DNA of 64,000 bases, from assembly GCA_002633005.1 (NCBI GenBank), contig NMRA01000023.1, positions 941,158 through 1,005,157 of the forward strand, written 5' to 3'. The notes beneath the pieces are model-generated. The model saw only the letters and a program-made list of their open reading frames with translations, searched no databases and was not told the origin of the DNA. The number at the start of each line of letters is the position of its first letter. The first letter of the stretch is position 1. Source of the stretch: Phoronis australis. Its lineage: Eukaryota; Animalia; Phoronida. Positions 38,808 to 51,100 of the stretch are shown in pieces. The position numbers and the translations under genes are program-made.

Positions 38808-41800
38808 GAAGACAATACTACTTTTAAAATCTTATTTTCAAATATTAACAGCATTAAATCTAACAATTTCTCCAGATTCCAACTTCTAAAAAAGATTGTT
38901 CTGTCTTAGGATTATATGATAGTCGCTCTTTGTGAAACTTGTAATGTTACCAAAGACGACCTTGATAATGAACTAATCATTCCTGGTTACAGTGTAGCCT
39001 ATCACTGTCAGTGGTCGTGGCATCATCTTATTCACCAAAACACACTCTCATTTAAATTATATCCTAGCTTAACTTGTCCTCAGTTATGCAGCTGATGGAT
39101 TGAAATTTATTTATTATGGGTTGTTTTATCGCTCACTTTCTCAATCTCCAACTGAAAGAAAACTGTACTTCAAAGCCCTAGTCGATCAGTTAGCGGAACT
39201 TAACCGCAACAGCGTTAGTATAATCATAAATGGTGATTTCAATGCCCGAAACTCTACAAGGTGCAATGATGATCATGGCAATACGGCCGGACTACAATTG
39301 TGTGATATCTTATTGTCTAATGACGGCATACAGCTAATTAATGAGCCAACCCGTATCACCGACGTTTCTCATTCATGTATTGATCTCTGTATAACAAGCA
39401 ATTTGAGTATCATTGACACATGTTCTGTAATACCTCCTATTGGCAATTCTGATCACCACACAATCGAAACCACCCTAACACCTAAAAAACCGGTTAAAGA
39501 ACAACACACCACTCGAACCAATTGGAAATATGATCAAGTCGACACCGATAAATTGCGTCAGGATATCACCAACACTGACTGGGATTCCATATTGAACACT
39601 GGCGACATTGATGATACTGTTTCACTCTTCACTAGTACTCTCTATGAAATTTTAAAAAACAACATCCCATCAACTGAAAAGATAATTAAACACAACAGCC
39701 AACCGTGGTTCAACAATAATGTTAAACGGGCATTCCGCATAAGAAACAGACTTTACAGCTCTTTCAGAAGATCTAACAACACTAAAATCTACAACAGATA
39801 CAAGGAGCACTCACTTCTGGTTGAAACTTTAGTAAATCAAGCCAAAGCTGATCACCGCCACAAGCTTTTTCAACAAATTAACAGCGCAAGCAAGAACTCC
39901 AAAGAATACTGGAACATCATCAATAAAATACGCTGCTGTCAACAACAATCCTCTTATCCTGTCATTAATCATAATGGTAACATAGCCTCAAGTAGTAGTG
40001 ACAAGTGTGATTTGTTTCTCAAATTTTTCACGAACAAAAGCCACATTACACCAAATGAAGTAGGTAACTTTCCCTTTCTTCGTGAACGTTGTCTCAATCA
40101 ACTGTCTGACATCCCGGCTGATCAAACTGATGTCCGGAAGTTTCTCAATGAAATTGGCCCCAATAAGAATGATGGCACAGCTTTAATAACCAGCAAGATG
40201 ATCAAAATGATTACCAACGAAATTACCATGCCCCTGAACAATCTGTTTAACAAACTTCTTCAGCTAGGCATATATCCGTCTTCTTGGAAACGGAATTATG
40301 GTACCTATACACAAAAAAGGCTCCAAAAGTAAAATTTCAAATTATCGCCCAATAACTTTACTTAACACGCTGTCCAAAAACCTTGCAGTATTCTCAAACA
40401 AAACAACTTGATCTATCATCGTCAATTTGTTGTTTTGCGTGCGAACAGCACCGTGACACAACTTGTTGAAATTATACATGAGATTTAATTACATTTTGAG
40501 AAGGGTGAGAGTGTCAGGTCCATTTTTCAAGATATAGCTTCTGCTTTCGACTGTGTCTCTCACGACCTTCTACTTCACAAACTTCGATCTTATGGCATTA
40601 CTGGTAATCTTTAAACATGTTCACCTCATATCTCTCTGAAAGAACACACAGTGTTAGTGTCGGCGGCGTAGGCCTACTTTCAACTTTATCCCCTCCTGGA
40701 TTTGTAAACACAGGTGTACCGCAGGGTAGCGTATTGGGCCCTCTTCTCTTCTAGGTTTATATTAATGACCTTCCTGATAAACAGTCATGTAGCACAGACC
40801 TTTATGCAGATGACACGGAGCTTTTTTACCCCTTCGCCGGGAATAGCCCTGAATGATCTTTGCAGCTTCAACACGACTTAATTAAACTCAGCTATTGGTC
40901 ACAAGAATGGAGAATGAAATTTAAACCAGAAAAAGGGTTGACCTCACCTTCTCCAAATCTATTAATGCTCTCTTCCTTGTTGACCAGTATTATGACCTTA
41001 AACTTAATGATGAAATCATTCCTAGAAAACAGTCGCACAGACATCTGGGTATACTGTTAGATGAAAAACTCTCATTCACCCCTCACGTTTCGGGAGCTCG
41101 TACAAAAAACTCAGGAACTAATTAACCCACTTAAGCTTGTCTCTCGTCATCTGAATTCCACACATTTAGAAGTTTTGTTCAAATCCTTTATACTTAAACA
41201 CATTGATTATTGTGATATTATATATCAGTCTGCCAATACGGGTGCACTCCAACATTTGGATAAGTTACAATATCAAGCTGCCTTACTCATAACCGGAGCT
41301 TACAGGGGAACCAATAGTGTTAAGGTTTTGAATAGTCTCAAGTGGCCCAAACTGTCTACTCGACGCAATCTTCACATGACTACATTTACTTTCAAGGTAA
41401 TAAACAATGTCAACAACGTTTCTGTCAAAAAATATTTGATCTATACACTAGACAAGGCCATCGTATTGACTTGAGATCCTCCACCCCATATGCAATTCCT
41501 CCGTCGTTCAGTCAGGCAGTCAGAAGGTCTACAGTTGTGATGTGCATCAACAACTAGAATTCTCTTCCAGTCTCTGTTAAGGAAAGCAACTATTTTACGA
41601 GTATAAAAAATAATTTAACTCAGTAAACTTGACTCAATCCCCCCTTCCCCACGATAAAGAAATATCACTGTACAGATCAAGATGTGGCATTTTCCTCAAC
41701 TCTGACAAGTTCAGGCACAACTTTAGTAATGTCTCTCCAAACTGTAAATGTGGTGACCATCAATCTTATCCTCATATTTTCTTCAAATGTCCCGTCATCG

Positions 41801-41864
41801 AATACCTGAGAGACTCACGCTTTCGTGCACTCAATGAAAACCATTCAATTCCTAACGCTCTTAA

Positions 41865-43522
41865 AGGAGAATGCCACCCAAAAAACAACCTAATTTGTAT
41901 CAATTTAGATCGAGTAGTTCTACTCCATAACGACACGTACGATTGTGTTACCTGACACCTGACGGCAGACGGAGGTGTTGGAATTATCCAATGACGTTAT
42001 CGGTTTCACACGCAGTCTGTTTTGGTGTCAGCTTATCGCTTGAAGTCATCGTTTAACACCAATAAATCATCAAACTTCCATGTAAAACCCTTAAAAATAC
42101 ACCGAGTTCTTACAAAAACGTGTTGTTTTATTTCGCGCTTACGGATTTATTGTTATTTGGACACACCGTAGCCTACAAAGTTCGGCAGGCTAATAAGGTC
42201 CGTAGCAGGAGTTTGGGGTCTGTTCGGAGATAATTTCGAAGTATTTTCCGTGAGATACATGTACAGACATGAGAACCTATATCTGTGTCGTGTAGAATTG
42301 TGATATTTGAGTTCTAAACACAAAACGCTTGTTATCCTGGCCAGTGGCTCGGAGCCTGATCAGGCCCGTCGCGGCCGGCCGGATTGACTCGTTATCCCGG
42401 GTGGGCCAGTGACTCGGAAACTCATCAGACATCACGAACATAAACCAACCAAAGTTCAGTGGAAACTAAAGAAAATACTACGCTAGTGAGCCAAAGTAAT
42501 GTGCACGTGATTATGTTGGTGAATTACCACGAGACTGCAAATCTACTTACTTGTCGGCGGCCGAAAATTCAGGCTCCGCTTTGGCCACAGCACCGTCAGG
42601 GCAGAAATTGTACATTGACAATCATTATTTGAGTAATGTAAATGTAAATAAAGATTCCCCTAACACCTGGCCGTGGGATGGAAATCGAGTTGTTTCACAA
42701 CAGTTTCTGCCAGCAAACACTAAATTAGCATGATCTCACACACACGGCCTCAGTGTCCCGTCAATTAGTTTTATTGCACCTAAAGCCGGTAAAGCAGTGA
42801 TTTATTCATTGCTGGCTTCTCAAATCATTTGCACTCACGAACACCCCAAAGGCATTACAAATTGCATCTAATGAGACAGACTTTGTTTCAGTTTTATATA
42901 AGTTTTGGTTAGAGTGAGAATAATTCATTTTGAAAGAGAACGCTCAGTAATAAACGCCAACATGGCAACTCGCAATCCCGACTTAAGACGAGCCAGAGCT
43001 CATCAGTCCCGACTTCGCAGGTGGATCGTTAAGTTTTGCAGGCTATCAATTCGAACAGGAATACAGTGATGACGAAATACTAGAGAGGCGCCTTGAACAA
43101 GCTCAGACAACGGAACGTATGGTATTATTTGGTAAGCCGGCATTCGTCCGGCACTGTCGACGTCTGCAGGCCACAGACACGGAGATGTTTCACGGCCTCA
43201 TACTTGCTATTTACAGATTACATTTCATTCTTCACTACCATGAGCCACTTCCTAAGCATTTGGACTCTCGACGAAGTAAAAAAAAAACGTATACCCGCTT
43301 TCCTCGAAGGTGCTTAGTTCGGACAAGCGGGAACAATGCATCGCAACATAGCGGCATTCACTCTGCATATGAACCACTGACGTCTCTAGCATCGTTTCTC
43401 ACCTTCTTCGCAGGTTAACGCGACACAAATTGGCAAGGTAAAGTCGATCGTATGCGAGGCGATGTGGATATAGACCGATTAAAACGGCAAAAAAGACTAA
43501 TTAAATCGGGTGGCATTCTCCT
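41865..43522. mobile_element. Kolobok-like non-autonomous DNA transposon (1658 bp)
   Basis: Perfect 15-bp TIR aggagaatgccaccc/gggtggcattctcct; TTAA TSD (41861-64, 43523-26); RR...YY ends; LINE sequence resumes after it. Confidence 0.85.
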
Positions 43523-44117
43523 TTAATTCTTGTAATAATATCCGTACTAGAGTTACATTATTATTGAATTGTAGTCCTAACCTTGACCTCATTCTCAACA
43601 AATTTCTCCTAAGCAACTTTAGTAAATTTTTATGTACCGTTTATCAATATTGTTGCATCTGATTTCCATACATGAATCTGTACATATTTTTGTTTTTATA
43701 TTATTTTAATAGCATATTGGAATACTTATATTAGATGCTACTTAATTGTATATACCTCAATTAATATTAGTTTACAACCCAGATATAATGCTTCGCGGTT
43801 TCTGGGTTTGTTATTATTTCTTTGTATGTTCTGTGTATTCTTTAATAAATATATATTAAATATCACTTTAAAAGAATTGAAAAATGAAAGCGGCCATCAG
43901 TATCTTCTATTAAATCTTCATCAGATATTTGATCAAATGTTTTCCATGTGGAAGATTTCCGGAAAATTCATGAATGTGAATGAAATACACCAGACAGACA
44001 CGATCGCCCTCTTTGTCGTGTTTTTGATGGAATCAAAATAATTATCAGGCGTTGGGCATGAGCGATGAGCCAGTCCGGCCTATCGAGAGCAGTAGAAAAC
44101 CAGGCTCCCGTTCAGTA

Positions 44118-44227
44118 ACGCTAGGACCTCGCTAAAAAGCAAGACTTCGCGAGATTACGAGAGATTTTGCACTGCGTTTTAAATAAGAACACGTGACTTT
44201 GACTTGGTTTTTGCTAGGTCCTAGCGT
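44118..44227. mobile_element. Small palindromic MITE
   Basis: acgctaggacct...aggtcctagcgt inverted ends with further imperfect internal pairing. Confidence 0.6.
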
Positions 44228-44228
44228 A

Positions 44229-44626
44229 CAGTACAGCCACTGAATTATTAGACTCTCTCCGGTCTAGCCACCCTTGACCGTAACCGGAGAGAGACCGGAG
44301 AGTGAGGCGTGAATTAACCGTGGCAGCTGGCGGGAGCCTAAGCGTGACTGTATCCGAAGCTTACCGTGAGTTAGGCGTGAACGAAGCGCGAACCAGCCGT
44401 GAGCCAGCTAGGCGTGAGTTTACCTGCATCGCAGATAAAAAGTAATTTATTAAAATTATATCAGTAACTAGCACTGATGTGTGTATTCTCATAGACTTTT
44501 GCTCATATGATATTTAATTTTTTTTGAAATCGTCCCGTGCAGTAAAAGACCAAAATTTCACTTCAGGAAACAGACCTTTGGACTTTACTTTTCACTCATA
44601 TATATATATATATACATATACATATA

Positions 44627-44702
<76 letters not shown>

Positions 44703-45720
44703 CGTTTTTATATAAACTAATGAAAGAATCTTAACACGCATGTACATGGCGGAATTATTCAATTGCCTTCACGATATGAAAGAGCATAGCATGTCAATTC
44801 TGAGCACAATGATCCCAAGTTCCGGCATCATGCGGAGAAAACTGATCGCGCCCAGGCATTTGAAGAATCAAACAGAATACCGCTATTATTATTTTAGTGA
44901 AGAATTACCCCGGGATACCGTTTACTCAGTCGAAACGCATGTACTACGGGGAAGGGGCTAAATATAATTGAACTGCACTACGGATTGAGGACTTTTAAGT
45001 CAAAACATTTGCTTGCAGTAAGGGATGGTTATGTCAGAAGGGCGGCCTATTGAAATTTTCTGTACGCCAGTACGGTACAAAGATTTACAGAGTGACACAA
45101 TACTTCACAAGATGCGTAGGCTATTTTTGTGGCGAATAACTATATCCACCTGTGACAACTAAGTTTCAAGGAGTGCACAACCATGTAAAAATGACTCTGG
45201 ACACAGCGTCGTGTTCATTCGTATTTACTAACCGGGGTTACTGTACATGTATGTCGTTGATGGGACTTGCTCTTAAGTCGTAAATTGAACATGTACATGT
45301 ACAAGACGAGCTGAAGGAAGACGTTTGTGTGAACAACACATGGAATTACAGAGTTAGTCGGAACCCAAGCGTGATACAGTGTAGATGACTGCTTGCAAAG
45401 ATACTCTATAATAAACTATAATGTCTTTGCAACTTGACCGAAAAGACAGGCAATCAAGACGTTGCATGTATTTTTACTGGTTAGCCCGGTGCCCGACCAT
45501 GGTTACGACAGCTACCAAAGGCGTGAAGAAAGCGTGAGGTAAGCGTTAACGAGGCGTGAGAAAGGCGTTAACTAAACCAGAGGTAAGCATGAGGACTACA
45601 CGGACAGTAGGCGTGAGGCGACCGTGACTGATTTCTGTCACGCCTGCGTTCCGGTTGCGCTCCGGTCTGGCCAGGCGTGAGGTAGCCCGGACGAAGTCTA
45701 AAAATTCAGTGGCTGTACTG
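44229..45720. mobile_element. Tc1/mariner-type non-autonomous element (1492 bp)
   Basis: TIR cagtacagccactgaatt/aattcagtggctgtactg; TA TSD on both sides; many GGCGTGA subterminal repeats. Confidence 0.85.
44598..44702. repeat. (TA)n microsatellite
   Basis: ~105-bp TA run with a few interruptions. Confidence 0.95.
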
Positions 45721-45767
45721 TAGGTTCTATCTTTTTATGAACGCACGCCAGGTGCATGACGGCGATA

Positions 45768-46290
45768 TCCCGTTGCTCCCAACTTGTTCGATTCTATAGC
45801 TCAACGACAAGTTGGGAAGTTTACCCGCTAGCCAATATCTTATACGACTGATTAATTCCATTCCGGCATTTATGGTTCTGGAGGGCCTGCGCTCTTTTGT
45901 TGGATAATTGATCGTATCTAGACTGACTGGGCTGGGCTGATAAAACTGAAAGTTAAGTTATAACATATTTGAGCTTAAACCAATAGCATTTCTGAATTCC
46001 TCATCAAATGCTGATCATGTACCGTTTTCGAATCAAAATCGCCCAACTACAACAGAAGTTAAGACAACCTATTCTGTCCAAACGGATGCACTGGGTTTGA
46101 CTGTGTTCATAAGCGTTCGGTAATAGCGTGCAACCACCATACCTTTCCCTTGAAGCCTGGGAGATACGTGGCCTGCTTGTTATCATATGGGACAAAATAC
46201 TGAGCTCGGTAGTTAACAAAAGAGCAAGATTTTATCGCACGTTCAGCACCCCTCACGTCTGGAAAAGTTACTGAACGACAGAACGCTGTA
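45768..46290 (+). repeat. Dispersed repeat family, copy related to 62476-62990
   Basis: cccgttgctcccaacttgttc..ttctatagc...gttgggaagtttaccc...aaaccaatagcatttctga shared with 62476-62990. Confidence 0.8.
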
Positions 46291-47019
46291 ATGACAGTTT
46301 TGCGTGCGACAGGTTTTCATCATAGCGTGGCGAATATCGGTGTACCTAATCATCTATGTTAACAGATGCGTGATCGAAGTAAACGTGACCGGTGTTGTGT
46401 TATTACATAGAATGTGAAGGAGGAACAACGGAGGGAAGAACTTGATACCACAGCGTACGAAAATACGAAGGGGATGTAAAAAACTCCTTGTCTACTACTT
46501 GATTACATTAGTCAGGGGCGACTCCAGGATTTCGAGTTGGGGGGCAGGGCACAAGAATAATCAGAATTTCGCGCGCGCCCAGCCTAAAATGTAGGGATGC
46601 TGGGCTTGTGGACCTATAGTTATTAATAAAAAAATGATAAACGGGGTTTGCTCAAGGCCTATGCATTGTGCATTCGCCCCGAGCACCCCGTGGTTCGCGC
46701 ATATGCTAGTCAACAATTCGCACACCGAACTGCCAAATGGTTTCTAGGNCCCCCCCCCTAAATCCGCCACTGTTAGTGTCGTTGAGGCAGTGTTGATTAT
46801 AGCTAGGAACCAATGTGAGAAGGAATAGAAAAGCGGCATCTTTCAAAGCGTTATTCTATTCACTAATCCGATATTTGGTTTCTGTCATCGCTGCGGTTTG
46901 GCTGGTGAGCAATCCTACAAGTCTTAGCGTTACATCCGGGACTTGTACGCTTGGTGCTAAGAGACGGAATGCGACAAAGTGAGAGAAAGCAATTAGCTTT
47001 ATTGCTGTATAAGATTCAA

Positions 47020-47618
47020 TTTTAAGCGTTCGTGCATGCCATGTTGTTGAAAACGCATTTTAATTAGTGCATGGGCAGCACGTACAAATTACAAGTTTAT
47101 CAAAATGTTTGATAAATTTTTTGATTGCTTAAACGTAAGATCCCTTTATGAGTATATCACGAAACATAAACCTCCGCTTGCACCTTACGAGAGTGTTGAT
47201 GATCCACGATTTGATTGGTTAAGGAATGAATTCCTTGCGGACTTGAAGGAATGGAGAGACGAGATCAACAACCGCCCGGAAACTTCAGTGCAAGTGATAG
47301 AGCTACCAAACCATGGAGGTGATTCAAATTACTGTTAACTCGTTTGTAGAAGCATGTCAGTTTCTGCTAGGACAAGTTGCATCTTTTGTTCTAAGTGAAA
47401 ATTTGAACCAGGACCCTCTTGAACAGTGGTTTTCAATGCAACGCAATGCTGGTGGAGCAAATGAAAATCTTACTGTGGCTCAGTTTAACTAAAATACAGC
47501 TGCTTTGCGGTTGCAGAAGTCGTGTGCCATAAAATCCCTGAATGCCAATATCAGGGGCCAACAAGAAGACAGATGCATAGACAATACTCTATTAACAAAG
47601 AAAAAACGCAAAACATAG
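47020..47618 (+). pseudogene. P-element (THAP9-like) transposase, C-terminal RNase H part
   Basis: FIKMFDKFFDCLN, DDPRFDWL..FL, FVLSE.LNQDPLEQWFSMQRNAGGANENLTVAQF; ends KKKRKT*; 5' truncated, with frameshifts. Confidence 0.9.
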
Positions 47619-48183
47619 CTCATGATAATCGTATGAATATCATGCATGAAAAAGTGTTCCAACTGATTGTTTTACAGATTTATTTTTAGAACAGTGTTGA
47701 GGTGATTCTAATGCTGTGGTCTTATTGAGTAATAGTGGTAACATGTATGTGCCCATGCTGTTGGCTTACTGATGTGCTCGTAACGGATTTCTGGTAATAA
47801 ACAGAATTTCCTTGAAATCAGATTAATTTTAAAGTGTTGCAACAAGGATCATTCAGCACCCATTTTGAGAGGGCACTTTGATTTTAGAACAAGTTTTGAA
47901 TTTCTGGTGGTGCCCACCACAGTTGAATGGCACTGAATTGCCATTTAAAGAGCAAACACACGTAGCATTGTAATTTACGAAGTGTTCCTATTTTAAGGTG
48001 TCTCGAATGATAAGATTTCTTAATTTACTCTGTTGAAAATGGAACATCTTTAAAGAGTCCATAGCTAACAACACTAAAGGTAATATTTTGAAAACCTGTT
48101 TTTAATCATTTATTCATATGTACATGTTTCAAATCTTAACACAAAGACTCTCGAAGGTGACAAGTCACAATGTGCATCTTTCA

Positions 48184-51100
48184 TTAAAGTTGATTCATAA
48201 CTTTCAGGGATTTACGCAGCCTTTTCTGACCCTTCACATTGCAATACTGCTGCTTTTCATACAAACTTACTATTTTCTTTTGAAACGAAAACCCCCCCTT
48301 ATAGTTAAATAATGTTTCACAAAGATGAACAGCACATCCAGCTTGATTGGTTGTGAAAATCCAGGAGTTGCCTGGTTCCACAGATCAAGAAGGGTTGGAC
48401 GACAGTGAAGGGAATCCATCAAACCCATCTGTACATCTCCCCCATGGTAGTTTAAAATACTACTGTCACTGAACACTTCATGACGTACAACTTTCTCTAG
48501 TTCTTTGACAAAGAGATATAATTCATGAGAAATTAAGAACAGTCCACCGCGATTCACCAATGTAGTTCAGGAGTCCTCCCTGATACTTTCTCCACTGAGA
48601 CTTTGGATGTCGAGTGTTTCCTGGACTTCAACTTCGACACACGTTTCAACAACCTACTGCACATTGCACCTGCTACATAACTTAGCGCTTGCTCTTCTTC
48701 AGGCGATAGCGGATTCACGGTTGGGGCACTTTGCAATGCAAGGGTGTCGAGACGATACAACAATTTCAAGGCTTCATCAAACAATTTGCGTAGGTAGGAT
48801 GCGAATGTTTGACGCCGGGCTAAATGGGAGCCTTGCCCCTCAAACAATGACTTACCCTGCCCGATGAAGTGCGGCTGCACTCGCAGGGTGTGATATGACC
48901 GCCACATATTCTCATTTCTCTGACTGCGAAGAATGGATGAGTCTCCACCAGTCAGAGCCTCCCATATGAACTCGGACACAACTGACTGTGGGCCCTTCAT
49001 TCGTAAGCACTCTATTAGCGAAATAACCTCCCTACCGGCAGAGGTTAATCTCATGAATTCATCACTTTTCACAGCGGTGACAGCAATATCTATGAGGCTT
49101 GGCATTTCTTCATCTAGAATTTCTCTTGACAGAGTAGATGTGTATTTTTTGGCTGAAACAATAGAAAATTTGTCATTAAATATAGATACATATAATTATA
49201 TCAGTTAATGTACTACTATGTATTGGCATCCGTACCAGCGTACACATATTTTTGATGTCACCTCTTGACTAGTGTTTATTCTAGACTGTTTATTTTACAA
49301 TGCGCCAACTACAGTTGGTGTTTTTACCTTTATTCCCCAAGTGTATAGTAGATACCGACGTCTAGTAAAGGAACGACGCTAATATGTGGCATTGCAGAAC
49401 TTGTCTTCCCTGAAATAATTACATACCCTTCATACGCTTCCTTGTTCCCTTGTTAATTGCCGCATCATCACAGTTTGGTGCAGTCAGAAGTTCAGAAGCT
49501 GAAAAAGAAACACAATTGGCCCATATTATATTTGGAAATATTAAGTACTAGTCCACGAGAGCACCAACCATGAGCGGCAAGGTGGGGGTCAGCCGATTTT
49601 CACCAAATTTGGCACATATATAGTCCTATGGGATCTATAAACAGCGGTAAAATATTTCCTCAAAATATTGCGTTTTTCTAAAGTTATAGGTTCAAACACA
49701 TTTTACGGCTTCGCAGCCGTGTTTTCACGGTATAAAAACTGTCCAGTTTTAACTGTTCATATTTTTCCTTGAATGAAAGCTATTGATTTATTATTCACTT
49801 GGCATTGTTTAGTGGAGCCTATAGATTTTTACACAGATGTCTTGAAACACGATTCCGATTTACCACCCTTATTTAGTAGTTTTACTGCATTGCCCCCCGT
49901 TATGCCATTTTGAGGTTGTGTTCAGCACACTGCTGTACCAAATCTGCCCCCACTGTTATGAGAATGAAACTTACCCAAAATGTTGACAAAACATGTTGCT
50001 TTCATTGCATGAAATTAAAACTTTGTCAGCCATTTTATGAGTTATACATTTTGGCACCTCAAATGTACTAAAGTGAGAAATTTTCATATATCTGAGATCG
50101 ATGCTTGAGCACCGTAAAATCCGATTGTCCATGTTTTTCGATATTTTGCAACAAGTTAGTTCCTTCTGAATGTTTTGAACGTTTTACTACTTACCACATA
50201 GGGCTATAGTACCCCTAAATACCATACATGGCTCCATTTTGTAAAAAGCCGATTATGTCCTCCACAGTGAACAGGGTTAGACATGAACTCGACAAATGTA
50301 GGTTATTTTGATTTACAGTTGTTTTACTTTGCAGTTTCCTCATGGGTATTTCTTCACACATATTCAAGTCAGATTTCATGTCGATCAAATGTTCATGCAA
50401 TGCATTGTAATATCAAATGAATGATAAGTTTGGTGGCATGACCGCAATTTTCCCACGACTTAAAACAAAAGACCGCAAAAATTTTTCTGACGAAATACCG
50501 GGCTTGCAGTTCTCTAAAAATATCCGAATGACACAGCAAACTCCACCACTGTCCGTGACAACTCGTTGCAGGTTTTTCGCCCATCGGTCCTATCATTGTT
50601 TTCCTTTGTTGTGTCATTGCTGGTTATAACAACACACGTGGATATAGAACCTTGAGGACATCAGACCGTTGCCGATAAGTGCTCGTCATTATATCTTTAT
50701 TATAACAACGGGAACAATGAAGATGCTAATCTATTGTTCTCAATGCGACCAGGTTTCCCGTGGATGACCACAGAAGAGGAATCCTAAAGTATCCACAAAC
50801 AATGACCCCGCACCTTAGTAACTATTACCGCGCACACGAATCCTTTCCGTGGAACCTTAACACCAAGTTTTTATATCCGTGTATTGTGCTGTATTGCTCA
50901 TGGTACGGGTTCAGACTCTGTTGCATTAAGATTCCAATCCCCAACCCTGTAAAATTTCTAGACAATACAGGTTTATGGATTTATTCTCCTTTAAATGAAG
51001 AGTAAAAATCAAATTCTGCACAGGTTTTTTAAAAGTAATCACTTATTGGAGGATCACACATCTAAAAAATAAAATAATGTTTGACAATTTTATTCATTAT

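Larger units (their letters stand above)
38673..43862 (+). mobile_element. CR1/L2-group LINE, decayed APE-RT ORF2, 3' part split by a Kolobok-like insertion
   Basis: NINSI, GDFNA, SCIDL, SDHH (APE); DIASAFD, GVPQGSVLGP, YADDT (RT); CKCG..H..FKC tail; 3' stem cccaga...tctggg plus AATAAA. Confidence 0.9.
12777..46749. other. Single-N contig joins at 12777, 18069, 28195, 31833 and 46749
   Basis: n characters in the sequence; three sit exactly at duplication junctions. Confidence 0.9.

Noticed and set aside
44524-44715. ORF with a poly-YI run
   Set aside because: Translation of the (TA)n microsatellite
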